A stretch of 25,338 nt of DNA from a virus. Taxonomy: Duplodnaviria; Caudoviricetes. Under the pieces are notes generated by a model. That model saw only the letters and a list, made by a program, of their open reading frames with translations. It made no database searches and was not told the origin of the DNA. Of this stretch, positions 15,830 to 24,180 are shown piece by piece. The position numbers and the translations under genes were made by a program. Location: positions 1-25,338 of IMG/VR virus record IMGVR_UViG_3300009661_000072. One strand, 5' to 3'. How positions within the stretch are numbered: the stretch's first letter is position 1; every line of letters starts with the position of its first letter.

Positions 15830-16200
15830 CAGTGCACCACCTGAAGGTCTGCTGCCTTGGGATTCTGCAATGCTTCTGTCACCGCATCTGCCATCATCTC
15901 TTTCATGAAATCGTGGCCTGCTGGTGTCAGCTTCCCGCGACTTGGGTTGAACATTGAGGTGTAGGTATCAACTACCGCCTGTTCGCCATCAGCCGTGCCG
16001 CGCACCTCGTAAACTAGGCGCTCAATGTGGCCGATCATGATTTGGGACAGGCTCACTTCGGTTATCTCGACAAGCACCGGTAACTTGCTGGTGGGTACCG
16101 TTACTGGTACCTGATATCCGCCGAAGTGACGGAAGCAGTAATCGAGATAGGCGAGGGCGATGCGCTGGCGGTCACGCTCAATCTTTTCTTTATTTGTCAT
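15829..16200 (-). CDS. Hypothetical phage protein (possibly DUF5375/P4 Cnr-like)
   Basis: 123 aa with AAGGA RBS; RQRIALAYLDYCFRH, HIE..Y...G...G and C-terminal VVH recall P4 Cnr/orf106. Confidence 0.65.
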   Translation of the reverse strand: MTNKEKIERDRQRIALAYLDYCFRHFGGYQVPVTVPTSKLPVLVEITEVSLSQIMIGHIERLVYEVRGTADGEQAVVDTYTSMFNPSRGKLTPAGHDFMKEMMADAVTEALQNPKAADLQVVH

Positions 16201-16290
16201 CGTTAATATTCCTTGTCTGGAATTTGGTTGCAGAATTCCCCGACCGTTAGGCCGTAATTAAATTTCTGAAAAAACTTTATTAATTAGATG

Positions 16291-16518
16291 CTATTTAATT
16301 GCTTGTCGTTCAGCTTCGTTATGCTTATCAACAAGGCATTTTAATTCACGCACCCGGGCATCAATAATCATTAACATTCCAGCGTGAGTAATGTTGTACT
16401 CAGAACGCTCAAACTGATTAAAGTTATTGACGGCTGTGAGCATTGCGTTGATAACATATAACTCATCACCAACATCTAACATGTCGAACTGAACCGGAGC
16501 TTGGTTCGCTTTTGCCAT
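16291..16518 (-). CDS. Hypothetical phage protein
   Basis: 75 aa, TAATG-coupled to the upstream gene. Confidence 0.65.
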   Translation of the reverse strand: MAKANQAPVQFDMLDVGDELYVINAMLTAVNNFNQFERSEYNITHAGMLMIIDARVRELKCLVDKHNEAERQAIK

Positions 16519-16727
16519 TAGAGATGCTCCGTTTCCAATTTATTAAGCATTTGGCGAACCATTTTGATATTTTCAATGGCTAAATGGGTGATGGAATATT
16601 CGTCTTGCCATCTTCCATCTGTCTGCAAATTGTCACGGACTACATGCAGTGCTCCTTCTGAGAAATTCAGGTCGAGAATACAAGCGCGCATGCCATTAAG
16701 TAGACAGCCTTTAGTTTCTGCGTTCAT
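16518..16727 (-). CDS. Hypothetical phage protein
   Basis: 69 aa, coupled on both sides. Confidence 0.65.
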   Translation of the reverse strand: MNAETKGCLLNGMRACILDLNFSEGALHVVRDNLQTDGRWQDEYSITHLAIENIKMVRQMLNKLETEHL

Positions 16728-16885
16728 AATTTCTGCCCCAATTCAGCCATGTTAGAAATAATATCGAGAAGTTCGTGAGCTATACTTCTTTCTTCGTCAC
16801 TACCGGTTAAGAATGAAGCTGCATCTGCTAATGCTTTTATTTTAATTAGGGCATCCTCAGCACTATATGGTGGTGTGTTATTCAT
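16724..16885 (-). CDS. Hypothetical phage protein (not in the ORF track)
   Basis: Translated by hand: MNNTPPYSAEDALIKIKALADAASFLTGSDEERSIAHELLDIISNMAELGQKL, 53 aa, stop/start overlaps with both neighbours. Confidence 0.65.
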   Translation of the reverse strand: MNNTPPYSAEDALIKIKALADAASFLTGSDEERSIAHELLDIISNMAELGQKL

Positions 16886-17064
16886 TCTTGTGCCCCTCCT
16901 ACTTGTGCTGCACGGCTCGCCAATCCTTGTGCAAACTCAACAATTTTATTGCCCAAGATGTGGTCGGCATGGTTAAGGCGAATAATCATTGCGGCATCCA
17001 GAATTACTGCCAAATCGCTCAAAATATCTACGAGGTTGATATCACCGTTTTTAACTGTTGCCAT
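16882..17064 (-). CDS. Hypothetical phage protein
   Basis: Start re-placed at MATVKNG (ATG 17064) behind GAGGTG; 60 aa. Confidence 0.6.
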   Translation of the reverse strand: MATVKNGDINLVDILSDLAVILDAAMIIRLNHADHILGNKIVEFAQGLASRAAQVGGAQE

Positions 17065-17348
17065 GTTGCACCTCACTAAGTGGTAGGCGTGAGCCAAGAG
17101 ATAGAACGTACCGGCTAGATAACTGGCGGCGAGCCTCTTTTTCATTAACAAGCCACAACGCGGCGCATCACAGGCTTTGCCTTAGGGTCAGAACGCAAGA
17201 CAGATGCAAAAACAAATGTGCTTGTGCTAATATCCGAAACAGCCTTACTCTCCGTACTGTCGCAAGTAGTGATTTTTAAGGTCAGGCTCTGGTTGTGATT
17301 GGTAGTCGGAACCAGAGCCGTTTCTTTAAACATGAGTAAAATATTCAT
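17051..17348 (-). pseudogene. Frameshifted Icd-like gene
   Basis: FVFASVLRSDPKAKPVMRRVVA ends at TAA (17145-17147). The next frame continues NEKEARRQLSSRYVLSLGSRLPL, the Icd-like C-terminus. Span is 298 nt (3n+1). Confidence 0.75.
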
Positions 17349-17647
17349 TTCTTCTCCATGACGCTTAATTGACAAGCTGCATTTGATTCAACTTCTAGAA
17401 TTCTCTCTAGAAACGTCACATTCATTTCTATGAATGTACCAATGGTTTTCATATTCTCTTGGAGAGTCTCGACTGAATGCCATTCACTAAATCCGGCGTG
17501 AAACATTAAATTACCCACAGCCTTCAAACCGTCAATAATGGTGGCAGCAGCGGCACCAGCATTATTCTGATTCTGCAACGCTTCTTCGTGAGATACGGTT
17601 TCACCACAATTATCAATAATTAAATCTGAAACATTAATCATGGGCAT
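17345..17647 (-). CDS. Hypothetical phage protein
   Basis: 100 aa, overlaps both neighbours. Confidence 0.7.
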   Translation of the reverse strand: MPMINVSDLIIDNCGETVSHEEALQNQNNAGAAAATIIDGLKAVGNLMFHAGFSEWHSVETLQENMKTIGTFIEMNVTFLERILEVESNAACQLSVMEKK

Positions 17648-17879
17648 AACCAGTTACTTTAGAAGTTGTGCTAGAGTCGTCATAAAGAGAAATTACAAAC
17701 TGATTAGCTTTATCGCTAGTGAAATAAAGTGAGCGCAAAAGACAGCATATTGCGCAATCAGTTTCCGGGTTCTCTTTGGTGTTTTTATAAATAGTTTCAA
17801 GCAGGGTGGTTGCTTCAATAATTTCTGCGTTAATCAATTCAATCATTTGTACTGGTGTTTTGGCTTTGGCGTTGACCAT
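17634..17879 (-). CDS. Hypothetical phage protein, first gene of the PL operon
   Basis: 81 aa with GGAG upstream, directly downstream of PL. Confidence 0.7.
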   Translation of the reverse strand: MVNAKAKTPVQMIELINAEIIEATTLLETIYKNTKENPETDCAICCLLRSLYFTSDKANQFVISLYDDSSTTSKVTGYAHD

Positions 17880-17910
17880 CTCATTGACTCCGTAGTTTGA
17901 CGATGAGGTG

Positions 17911-17963
17911 AATTTACCTTAATGATAAAATCAGGTAAAGCCATAATTTATCAAATTGATTAA
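17911..17963 (-). promoter_or_regulatory. PL promoter with two OL operators
   Basis: Minus strand TTTACC, 17 bp, TAAATT. Operators 17913-17929 and 17947-17963 fit TTTATCA-N3-TGATAAA. Confidence 0.75.
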
Positions 17964-18013
17964 TTTTAATATATCCTTATGTTATTTAAGATAAAATAAT
18001 TTATTGCGGGTAT

Positions 18014-18038
18014 AAAAAAACCGCCATCATGGCGGTTT
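18014..18038 (-). terminator. Terminator after cI
   Basis: AAACCGCCAT-C-ATGGCGGTTT inverted repeat with a T7 tract on the minus strand. Confidence 0.75.
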
Positions 18039-18058
18039 GGGGTAAGGGCGAGCAATTA

Positions 18059-18877
18059 TCAACCTAACCGAGTGTATGACATCTGCCATTTCCCGATAAC
18101 TAAGCCCTGAATGTGAAACAGCTCCTCATCCTCTGATGTTACTTCCCATTTGTCATATGAAGTATTATCGCTGATAACTATTAGTTTGTCTTTTAAGAGC
18201 TGGAGCCTCTTTATGTATAAATTATTGCCGTAGACAAATGCATAGATACCATCACCAACAAAACGTTCAATGGTGATATCTAGCACGACTAATTCACCAG
18301 GCACAATACTACCCAGCATACTGTCGCCCATAGCCGTAGCAATCTTAAGTGCAGAAGCTTTTCGCCCTCCAAACATCCTTCGCGCTTCCTCAGGATCAAG
18401 TTCTATAGAGCGAATCACCTCAGGGTACTCAGTATTCGAGTAACCATGACCGCAGCTAAACTCGGTACTTAAAACATCTAGGGTGTATGTTTTCGTATCA
18501 TTTTCTGCGCTGTCTTTGGTAATGAAGTACTTCTGGCTAATGTCAGATTTCTTGTCAGTAACTGGGGTCTCACCGTCGCCAACAATATTTTCTAACCACC
18601 CTCCCGCAGGGCTTCTCTGTCTAGCCAATCTGCTCTCAATATCATCCCATCTTGGCGAATCAATCCACCCATGAGGCAAATTTAGGTTTAATTCTATACG
18701 CCTTGCCAGCGTACCCCCAATGTTCCTAGAAGGGTTGTCACTGGTTAACTGACTTAACTGTGATGGAGGGATGCCTATTTCATCGGCAAACCCAGCCTTA
18801 CTAGAACCCGGCACATCAATTAAGTAGTACTGCATCAATGCCCGAAGATTTCGGCGCCTGATCTCTTTAATGTCCAT
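18059..18877 (-). CDS. cI: CI-like repressor (HTH plus S24 autopeptidase)
   Basis: N-terminal HTH (KAGFADEIGIPPSQLSQL), SCG cleavage-site motif, GDSM catalytic Ser and IKRL catalytic Lys. Confidence 0.93.
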   Translation of the reverse strand: MDIKEIRRRNLRALMQYYLIDVPGSSKAGFADEIGIPPSQLSQLTSDNPSRNIGGTLARRIELNLNLPHGWIDSPRWDDIESRLARQRSPAGGWLENIVGDGETPVTDKKSDISQKYFITKDSAENDTKTYTLDVLSTEFSCGHGYSNTEYPEVIRSIELDPEEARRMFGGRKASALKIATAMGDSMLGSIVPGELVVLDITIERFVGDGIYAFVYGNNLYIKRLQLLKDKLIVISDNTSYDKWEVTSEDEELFHIQGLVIGKWQMSYTRLG

Positions 18878-18895
18878 TTATCAATCCCCTCACAT

Positions 18896-18962
18896 TTTAT
18901 CAATATGATAAACAGTATTGTTGATAAATTCAATTGCCATAAATTTATCAAAAAGGTAAATT
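18896..18962 (+). promoter_or_regulatory. PR promoter with OR operators
   Basis: TTGCCA (18934-18939), 17 bp, TAAATT (18957-18962). Operators TTTATCAATATGATAAA (18896-18912) and TTTATCAAAAAGGTAAA (18944-18960). Confidence 0.8.
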
Positions 18963-18981
18963 AAGAAAAAAGGAGGTCAAC

Positions 18982-19215
18982 ATGACTAATCAACTTCTCA
19001 ACTGGCGCAAAACTTCGACTTCAGAAGAATGGCTTGAACTAGCTAAAAAAGCTGGCACAACAATCGGATATTTAAATCTGGTTGCATACGGATACCGTAA
19101 TGCATCCCCAAGATTAGCATCTTCTATTGAGATGGCCTCTCAATCCTTCGATGGCAAGGTGCTGATTAGCAAGGAAAATTTGGTGTTTAGAAATTCTTCT
19201 CATGACCATGCCTAA
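18982..19215 (+). CDS. cro: Cro-like HTH regulator
   Basis: ELAKKAGTTIGYLNLVAYGYRNASPRLASSIE HTH, divergent from cI, AGGAGG RBS. Confidence 0.85.
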   Translation: MTNQLLNWRKTSTSEEWLELAKKAGTTIGYLNLVAYGYRNASPRLASSIEMASQSFDGKVLISKENLVFRNSSHDHA

Positions 19216-19546
19216 CCCCGCCAAAACCATCATACCTGAAGTATACAGCGGGGCTGATGCAGAGTGGATTCAGGAGCAAATGGTGCGGCTATCGCCCGCC
19301 ATGAGGCACAAGATCGCCGTCAAGTATGCTGAGGTTTATCAGCAGACATGGGATATCGAAACAGTCTCTTATCGACAGGAGAACAGGGCGCGACATGAGG
19401 CCAATACCCGTCTCAGGTTGTTTGTCGAACGGTACCACAAAGCGGCAATGGGCTTAGCTGAAAAACCGCCACTGGCCAGTACACCGGCCCAGATTGGCGA
19501 TGCTGGTGGGCCAGCAGACTACCAACAGGCTTCGGGATGGCGTTAG
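19202..19546 (+). CDS. Hypothetical phage protein
   Basis: 114-aa ORF overlapping the cro end; true start may be ATG 19208. Confidence 0.7.
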   Translation: MTMPNPAKTIIPEVYSGADAEWIQEQMVRLSPAMRHKIAVKYAEVYQQTWDIETVSYRQENRARHEANTRLRLFVERYHKAAMGLAEKPPLASTPAQIGDAGGPADYQQASGWR

Positions 19547-19753
19547 GGACGCAGCGTTTCAGAAAACACGAAATTGGGATTGTGTTTCTGGCAAGTGAAA
19601 AAACTGTGAGGTGTTCACAGGGCTAAACCCCAAAAACATCGGGTCAAGGTCAAAGGCAGATCGAGTCTCCGAGTACTCCACCTAAGGACAAGGAGAGGGC
19701 AACTTAAAAGTTTCAGTAAAAACAGTAAGTTGCGAGAAAAAAAATACCAAGCT

Positions 19754-19805
19754 TTGTCGGGTTGTCCCGACACATGTTGTCGGGTTGTTATAAATCAATG
19801 ACTTA
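19754..19805. repeat. Iteron-like repeats plus IHF site, candidate phage origin or initiator operator
   Basis: TTGTCGGGTTGT at 19754-19765 and 19777-19788, inverted CCCGACA at 19766-19772, perfect IHF consensus AATCAATGACTTA at 19793-19805. Confidence 0.6.
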
Positions 19806-19814
19806 GGAGATCGA

Positions 19815-20258
19815 ATGGGAGGGTTCATTCGAATGTTCAAATTAGCGGAATTGGGACGGAAGCTGGCCCCGCTTAGCGAAGCAAGCCAGATGCTGTTTTG
19901 GGAATTGCTGGATATGGCTGACTGGCGAACTGGGAGAGTTATCACAACTCATGAGGAGATGGCGGCAAAGATTTCTAAAGCAGTTAGGACCGTTGAGCGG
20001 GCAACGAAAGAGCTTACAGTCGTTGGTTTGGTCAGGCACAAGAAGGGCATGTTTGCAGTGAATCCAGATTACGCATGGGGCGGTCGTAGCTGGAATATTC
20101 CCAAAGCGGCTTATCACGGCATGAATGGCAAAACGGCTCAGGTGATTAACTTTGCTGATGCGGCACAAGCATTGAGCGAGGAAGCGTTAGAGAAAATCGG
20201 GCATGAAACCTTGAGGGAGGTATCAGCCCGAAAATCCAAAGGAACTAAAATATGCTGA
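19815..20258 (+). CDS. RepL-like winged-HTH replication protein
   Basis: THEEMAAKISKAVRTVERATKELTVVGLV HTH followed by FAVNPDYAWGG; AGGAG RBS. Confidence 0.65.
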   Translation: MGGFIRMFKLAELGRKLAPLSEASQMLFWELLDMADWRTGRVITTHEEMAAKISKAVRTVERATKELTVVGLVRHKKGMFAVNPDYAWGGRSWNIPKAAYHGMNGKTAQVINFADAAQALSEEALEKIGHETLREVSARKSKGTKIC

Positions 20259-21754
20259 ATCTTCAACCAAAAATTAAGCAAGTCACTGGCATCAAAATGC
20301 TGCACAGCGACTGGAATAACTATCGCACATTCTTGATTTCGGCACCAGTGGGCTACGGGAAGACATTCCTTGCGGCTTATCTGGCTGACAAAATGATTTC
20401 GCTGGGCAAGCGTGTGATGTTCGTGGCGCCATACCTCACGCTGGTACGCCAGACAGCAACGCGTTTCGTTCAGTACGGTATTCCTGAGGAAGAAATTGCT
20501 TTCATTTGGCGTGACTACCAGCCTCAAGACCCTAATCGCCTGATTCAGATTGCCAGCGCTGATACGCTGATCCGCCGTGAGTTCCCGGACAATATCGACT
20601 TGCTGATTGTCGATGAAGCCCATATGAAGCGCCGTGGCCTATTGGAGGTCATTCGTGATTCAGGCATCAAAGTGATTGGCCTGTCTGGTACTCCATTCGC
20701 ACCTTGGATGGGGCAGTACTACGAAAAACTCGTAAAGCCCACCACCATGAAGGAGCTGATCACGATTGGCGACCTGAGCAAATACGAGTTTTACGCCCCA
20801 ACCAAACCAGACCTGAAAGGCGTGAAAAGCAGCAGCAAAGCAGGATACGGGAAAGACTTCAACGAAGACCAGCTCGCCGAAATTATGGGGGGTGCCGACC
20901 TCGTTGGCGATATCGTTAAAAACTGGCTGGAGAACGGGGAAGACCGCCCGACCATCTGTTTTTGCGTGAACAAGTCTCATGCAGCCTACATCACGATGGA
21001 GTTTAACCGTGCAGGCGTGGCAGCCGAAATCATGGTAGATGACACACCACCAGATGACCGTCAGATGATCATTCACCGCTTCGAGCAGGGGGCGACAAAA
21101 ATCATCGTAAACGTTGGCGTGTTGGCAGCAGGTTTTGACAGTGACGTTCGTTGCATCATCTACGCCCGCCCGACGAAATCAGAGATCCGCTGGCTGCAAA
21201 CGCTGGGGAGGGGATTGCGTACCGCGCCCGGCAAAGACCACTGCAAAATCTTCGACCACAGCGGCAGCATTCACCGGCTTGGCTATCCCGATGATATTGA
21301 ATACGACGAATTGTCGGGTAAAAACGATGGAATGAAGGCCAGCGTCAGTGCCGCACCGGCAGAGAAGAAAGACAAAATCCCCAAGGAATGCCCACAGTGT
21401 CACTACATGAAGGCCGCTGGTGTTTATGTCTGCCCCAAGTGCGGATTTAAACCGCTGAGCGGTGAGGACGTTGATACTGATTCCTCACGAGGTCTGAAGC
21501 GAATCAGCCGCAAAGCCCGTATCTACACGCGTAACGATAAACAGGCGTGGTGGAGCCAGATTAAGCATTACCAGCGCCAGCGAAGCCTGAAGGGTAAACC
21601 GCTGTCTGACGGCTGGTGCGCCCATACCTACAAAGACAAGTTCGGTGAGTGGCCGAATGGCCTTTCTGATTTCCCAATGGAAACAGGTCCGGAGGTCTGG
21701 AACTTCATCAAGTCCAAATTTATTTCTTACAGCAAGGCGAGAGGGACTGCCTAA
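20252..21754 (+). CDS. SF2 DEAD/DEAH-box helicase with C-terminal Zn finger
   Basis: APVGYGKT, IVDEAH, GLSGTP, AGFDS, QTLGRGLR; CPQC...CPKCG. Confidence 0.93.
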   Translation: MLNLQPKIKQVTGIKMLHSDWNNYRTFLISAPVGYGKTFLAAYLADKMISLGKRVMFVAPYLTLVRQTATRFVQYGIPEEEIAFIWRDYQPQDPNRLIQIASADTLIRREFPDNIDLLIVDEAHMKRRGLLEVIRDSGIKVIGLSGTPFAPWMGQYYEKLVKPTTMKELITIGDLSKYEFYAPTKPDLKGVKSSSKAGYGKDFNEDQLAEIMGGADLVGDIVKNWLENGEDRPTICFCVNKSHAAYITMEFNRAGVAAEIMVDDTPPDDRQMIIHRFEQGATKIIVNVGVLAAGFDSDVRCIIYARPTKSEIRWLQTLGRGLRTAPGKDHCKIFDHSGSIHRLGYPDDIEYDELSGKNDGMKASVSAAPAEKKDKIPKECPQCHYMKAAGVYVCPKCGFKPLSGEDVDTDSSRGLKRISRKARIYTRNDKQAWWSQIKHYQRQRSLKGKPLSDGWCAHTYKDKFGEWPNGLSDFPMETGPEVWNFIKSKFISYSKARGTA

Positions 21755-22731
21755 TGAAAACGACTGAGGCGGTGATCGGGCGTTGGCCTGAAATTTTTGA
21801 ATACTACGGCCTGCCGCCGATCACTGGTAAGGCGCACTTTAAGGGTGAATGCCCATGCTGTGGAAAGAAAGGTAAATACCGCTGTGATGACCTTGACGGG
21901 CGGGGGCGGTGGATTTGTAGCTGTGGGACAGGTGATGGCTGGAACCTGCTTATCCAGACACAACGCAAGGATATCAGAACGCTTTACAACGAGGTTGACC
22001 GGATTATTGGCAACTCGTTTGACCGGAGTCAGGTTCCCGTTAAAAAACTGGAGAGCGAAGTTTCCTCTGAGAGAGATTTGGTGATCCGTCACTTTTCAGC
22101 CATGCCACCATTGCGAGGCACCTTGGGCGAAACGTATCTGAACAAACGCGGCATTAACACGATGCCTTCCGCTGACGCTACCCGTTACTGTCAAAGTCAG
22201 AGGGTAGGCAACGGGAATACGTATCAGGCTCTTTGGTCGCTGGCAACCGACAACAAAGCCAATCTGTGCTATCTGCATCGCACATTGTTGGATGGCGATC
22301 GTAAAGCCAACGTTGATGTCGCCAAAAAGCAAAAGGCGCTACAGGATAAAAGTGTGCTGGAGCACGCTGTATCGGTGGCTATTCGCCTGTTCCCCGTAGC
22401 CTCAACGCTGGGCATTGCGGAGGGTATTGAAACGGCCCTGTCCTGCAAGCAGCTCTACGGAGTGAATACATGGTCAGTTATTAACGCCACGTTTATGGAG
22501 AAATTCAGGGTTCCAGCTGGCGTGCAGCATCTCGTAATTTTCGCTGATATGGACAAGCACACAGCTACCGGTCAGGCGGCTGCATTTGCCTGCGCTCGCT
22601 CAAACCTCAATGCAAAAAATGACCTACAGAAAATCACTATCCGCTGGCCCGACAACGGAGATTTCAACGATCTCATTATTAACGGAGATCAGGTCAGAGA
22701 GCAGATTTATTACAAGAAGGTGGCAGCTTAA
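21754..22731 (+). CDS. Phage primase (Zn finger plus TOPRIM)
   Basis: CPCCG...YRCDD...WICSCG Zn finger; IAEGIETALS, FADMD and DFND TOPRIM motifs. Confidence 0.9.
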   Translation: MKTTEAVIGRWPEIFEYYGLPPITGKAHFKGECPCCGKKGKYRCDDLDGRGRWICSCGTGDGWNLLIQTQRKDIRTLYNEVDRIIGNSFDRSQVPVKKLESEVSSERDLVIRHFSAMPPLRGTLGETYLNKRGINTMPSADATRYCQSQRVGNGNTYQALWSLATDNKANLCYLHRTLLDGDRKANVDVAKKQKALQDKSVLEHAVSVAIRLFPVASTLGIAEGIETALSCKQLYGVNTWSVINATFMEKFRVPAGVQHLVIFADMDKHTATGQAAAFACARSNLNAKNDLQKITIRWPDNGDFNDLIINGDQVREQIYYKKVAA

Positions 22732-23513
22732 TGAAACTCGAAAACGCACTGAAGCAGTTCAACCCTAAAAGCCAGATGATCACTAACGTCCCTCCAGCTA
22801 CGGCGTCCGATTCATTAAGCGGTCCTGACCTTGCTGCCTGCATGGGGATGGCGGAATCTCAGGCGGCTTTCGGCATGGGTGCTTTCCTCGGGAAAAATGG
22901 TATCAGCACAGAGGACGCAAAGCGCACGGTAGATCGCCTCGCTGCATACGCAATGCAGAAGGCAGGCAAGCATGTTGGTAAAGTCGCTGGCCGCCGGATG
23001 GCGCAGTGTATGATTGTTCTCGCCAAGATGGCCTATGCGGAATATTGCCAGTCAGCGGGAAGCAGCAGCACCTGCACAGATTGCAACGGAGCAGGTTTCA
23101 ACACAGTGGAACGCGAGGTTGTGAAATATGCCGGTTACATTGGTGCTGATGGAGAAGTGAAGATCCCCGAGGTTACAGAAACCCAGACAGTCAAAGAGTT
23201 GTGTCTGACCTGCAACGGTAAACGATTGGTTTCGCAACGCTGCCGCTGCAATGGTACCGGCCGAGTTCGTGACCTGGTTAAATCGAATCGTCTCGGCGTG
23301 CCAGTAGATAAAACCTGTGAGCGCTGCACGGGGAGAGGATTCAAACGGACGCCGGGCACAACTGCCTACAAAGCCATCGTGGCGCTGTTGCCAGAGCTGC
23401 ATGAGAGAACATGGAATCGTAACTGGAGATCACTCTATGAGCTGCTGGTGGTCAAATGCGAGAGGGAAGAGAACCACGCTGACGCAGTGTTCCAGAGAAT
23501 CACCAGAAGATAG
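22731..23513 (+). CDS. Q: Lambda-type late antiterminator Q (long form with extra Cys motifs)
   Basis: N-terminus PATASDSLSGPDLAACMGMAESQAAFGMGAF matches lambda Q; four CxxCxGxG-like motifs; just upstream of PR'. Confidence 0.9.
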   Translation: MKLENALKQFNPKSQMITNVPPATASDSLSGPDLAACMGMAESQAAFGMGAFLGKNGISTEDAKRTVDRLAAYAMQKAGKHVGKVAGRRMAQCMIVLAKMAYAEYCQSAGSSSTCTDCNGAGFNTVEREVVKYAGYIGADGEVKIPEVTETQTVKELCLTCNGKRLVSQRCRCNGTGRVRDLVKSNRLGVPVDKTCERCTGRGFKRTPGTTAYKAIVALLPELHERTWNRNWRSLYELLVVKCEREENHADAVFQRITRR

Positions 23514-23552
23514 TGTGATCGGGGATCTTATTAGCCAATTCGAATATAAGTG

Positions 23553-23581
23553 TTGCATTTTGTCCGAACTTGGCGTAATTT
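23553..23581 (+). promoter_or_regulatory. Late promoter PR'
   Basis: TTGCAT (23553-23558), 17 bp, TAATTT (23576-23581), directly after Q. Confidence 0.7.
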
Positions 23582-23630
23582 CTCTAAATCATGGGCATTT
23601 CTGTAGATGACCCACACGAAAACACATAAG

Positions 23631-23657
23631 ACCTCGCTTCGGCGGGGTTATTTGTTT
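23631..23657 (+). terminator. tR'-like terminator
   Basis: ACCTCGC-TTCG-GCGGGGT followed by TATTTGTTT. Confidence 0.7.
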
Positions 23658-23779
23658 CTAGCTGGGCGAACATAATGGTGCCGCTGTCGTGAATATTTAA
23701 ATACGGTAAATCCCGTATGTAAAGTTAAGGTGTGTACGTTGTATGGTTGGTTTTGCTGGGATGGTTTATTCGCCCCTTA

Positions 23780-23856
23780 GGCCCTTTAGCTCAGTTGGTT
23801 AGAGCGCGCGACTCATAATCGCTCGGTCGCTGGTTCAAGCCCAGCAAGGGCCACCA
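23780..23856 (+). tRNA. tRNA-Ile2(CAT), lysidine type
   Basis: 77-nt cloverleaf, acceptor GGCCCTT/AAGGGCC, loop CTCATAA, ACCA end; body resembles ileX/ileZ rather than tRNA-Met. Confidence 0.9.
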
Positions 23857-23858
23857 AA

Positions 23859-23936
23859 CCGCCGCTAGCTCAGCCGGATAGAGTCGATATCAATTGTTGT
23901 TGTAGGTGCGAGGTTCGAGGCCTCGGTGGCGGCCCA
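23859..23936 (+). tRNA. tRNA-like RNA with non-canonical anticodon arm (undetermined or pseudo)
   Basis: Acceptor CCGCCGC/GTGGCGG plus CCCA, D arm GCTC..GAGT, T arm CGAGG-TTCGAGG-CCTCG. Anticodon region CGATATCAATTGTTGTTG gives no standard 5-bp stem with 7-nt loop. Confidence 0.7.
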
Positions 23937-23942
23937 TATATC

Positions 23943-24017
<75 letters not shown>

Positions 24018-24022
24018 AATAA

Positions 24023-24175
24023 TGCTTTTCAGTCTGCGAAGAAGGGATAACCCGGAGTGACCGGAAAGCACACCAGAAGGGTGCACTTAGATTTGATACG
24101 CACTATCGGTCCCTTCACAGAGATTCTGAGTGTGCCCTTCGGTGTGAAGTGACAGCCGGGAAAGACCGGCACCCA
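24023..24175 (+). ncRNA. Run of three structured RNA elements after the tRNAs
   Basis: 12-bp stem 24023-24070 then CACCA; 16-bp stem 24076-24140 with three G-U pairs; GCCGG-GAAAGA-CCGGC hairpin then ACCCA. Confidence 0.45.
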
Positions 24176-24180
24176 TTTCT

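Noticed and set aside
20138-23402. Minus-strand ORFs in the replication and Q region
   Set aside because: Antisense shadows of the helicase, primase and Q genes.
23780-23856. tRNA-Met call from the CAT anticodon
   Set aside because: Acceptor stem and body resemble tRNA-Ile2 (ileX/ileZ type), common at this phage position.
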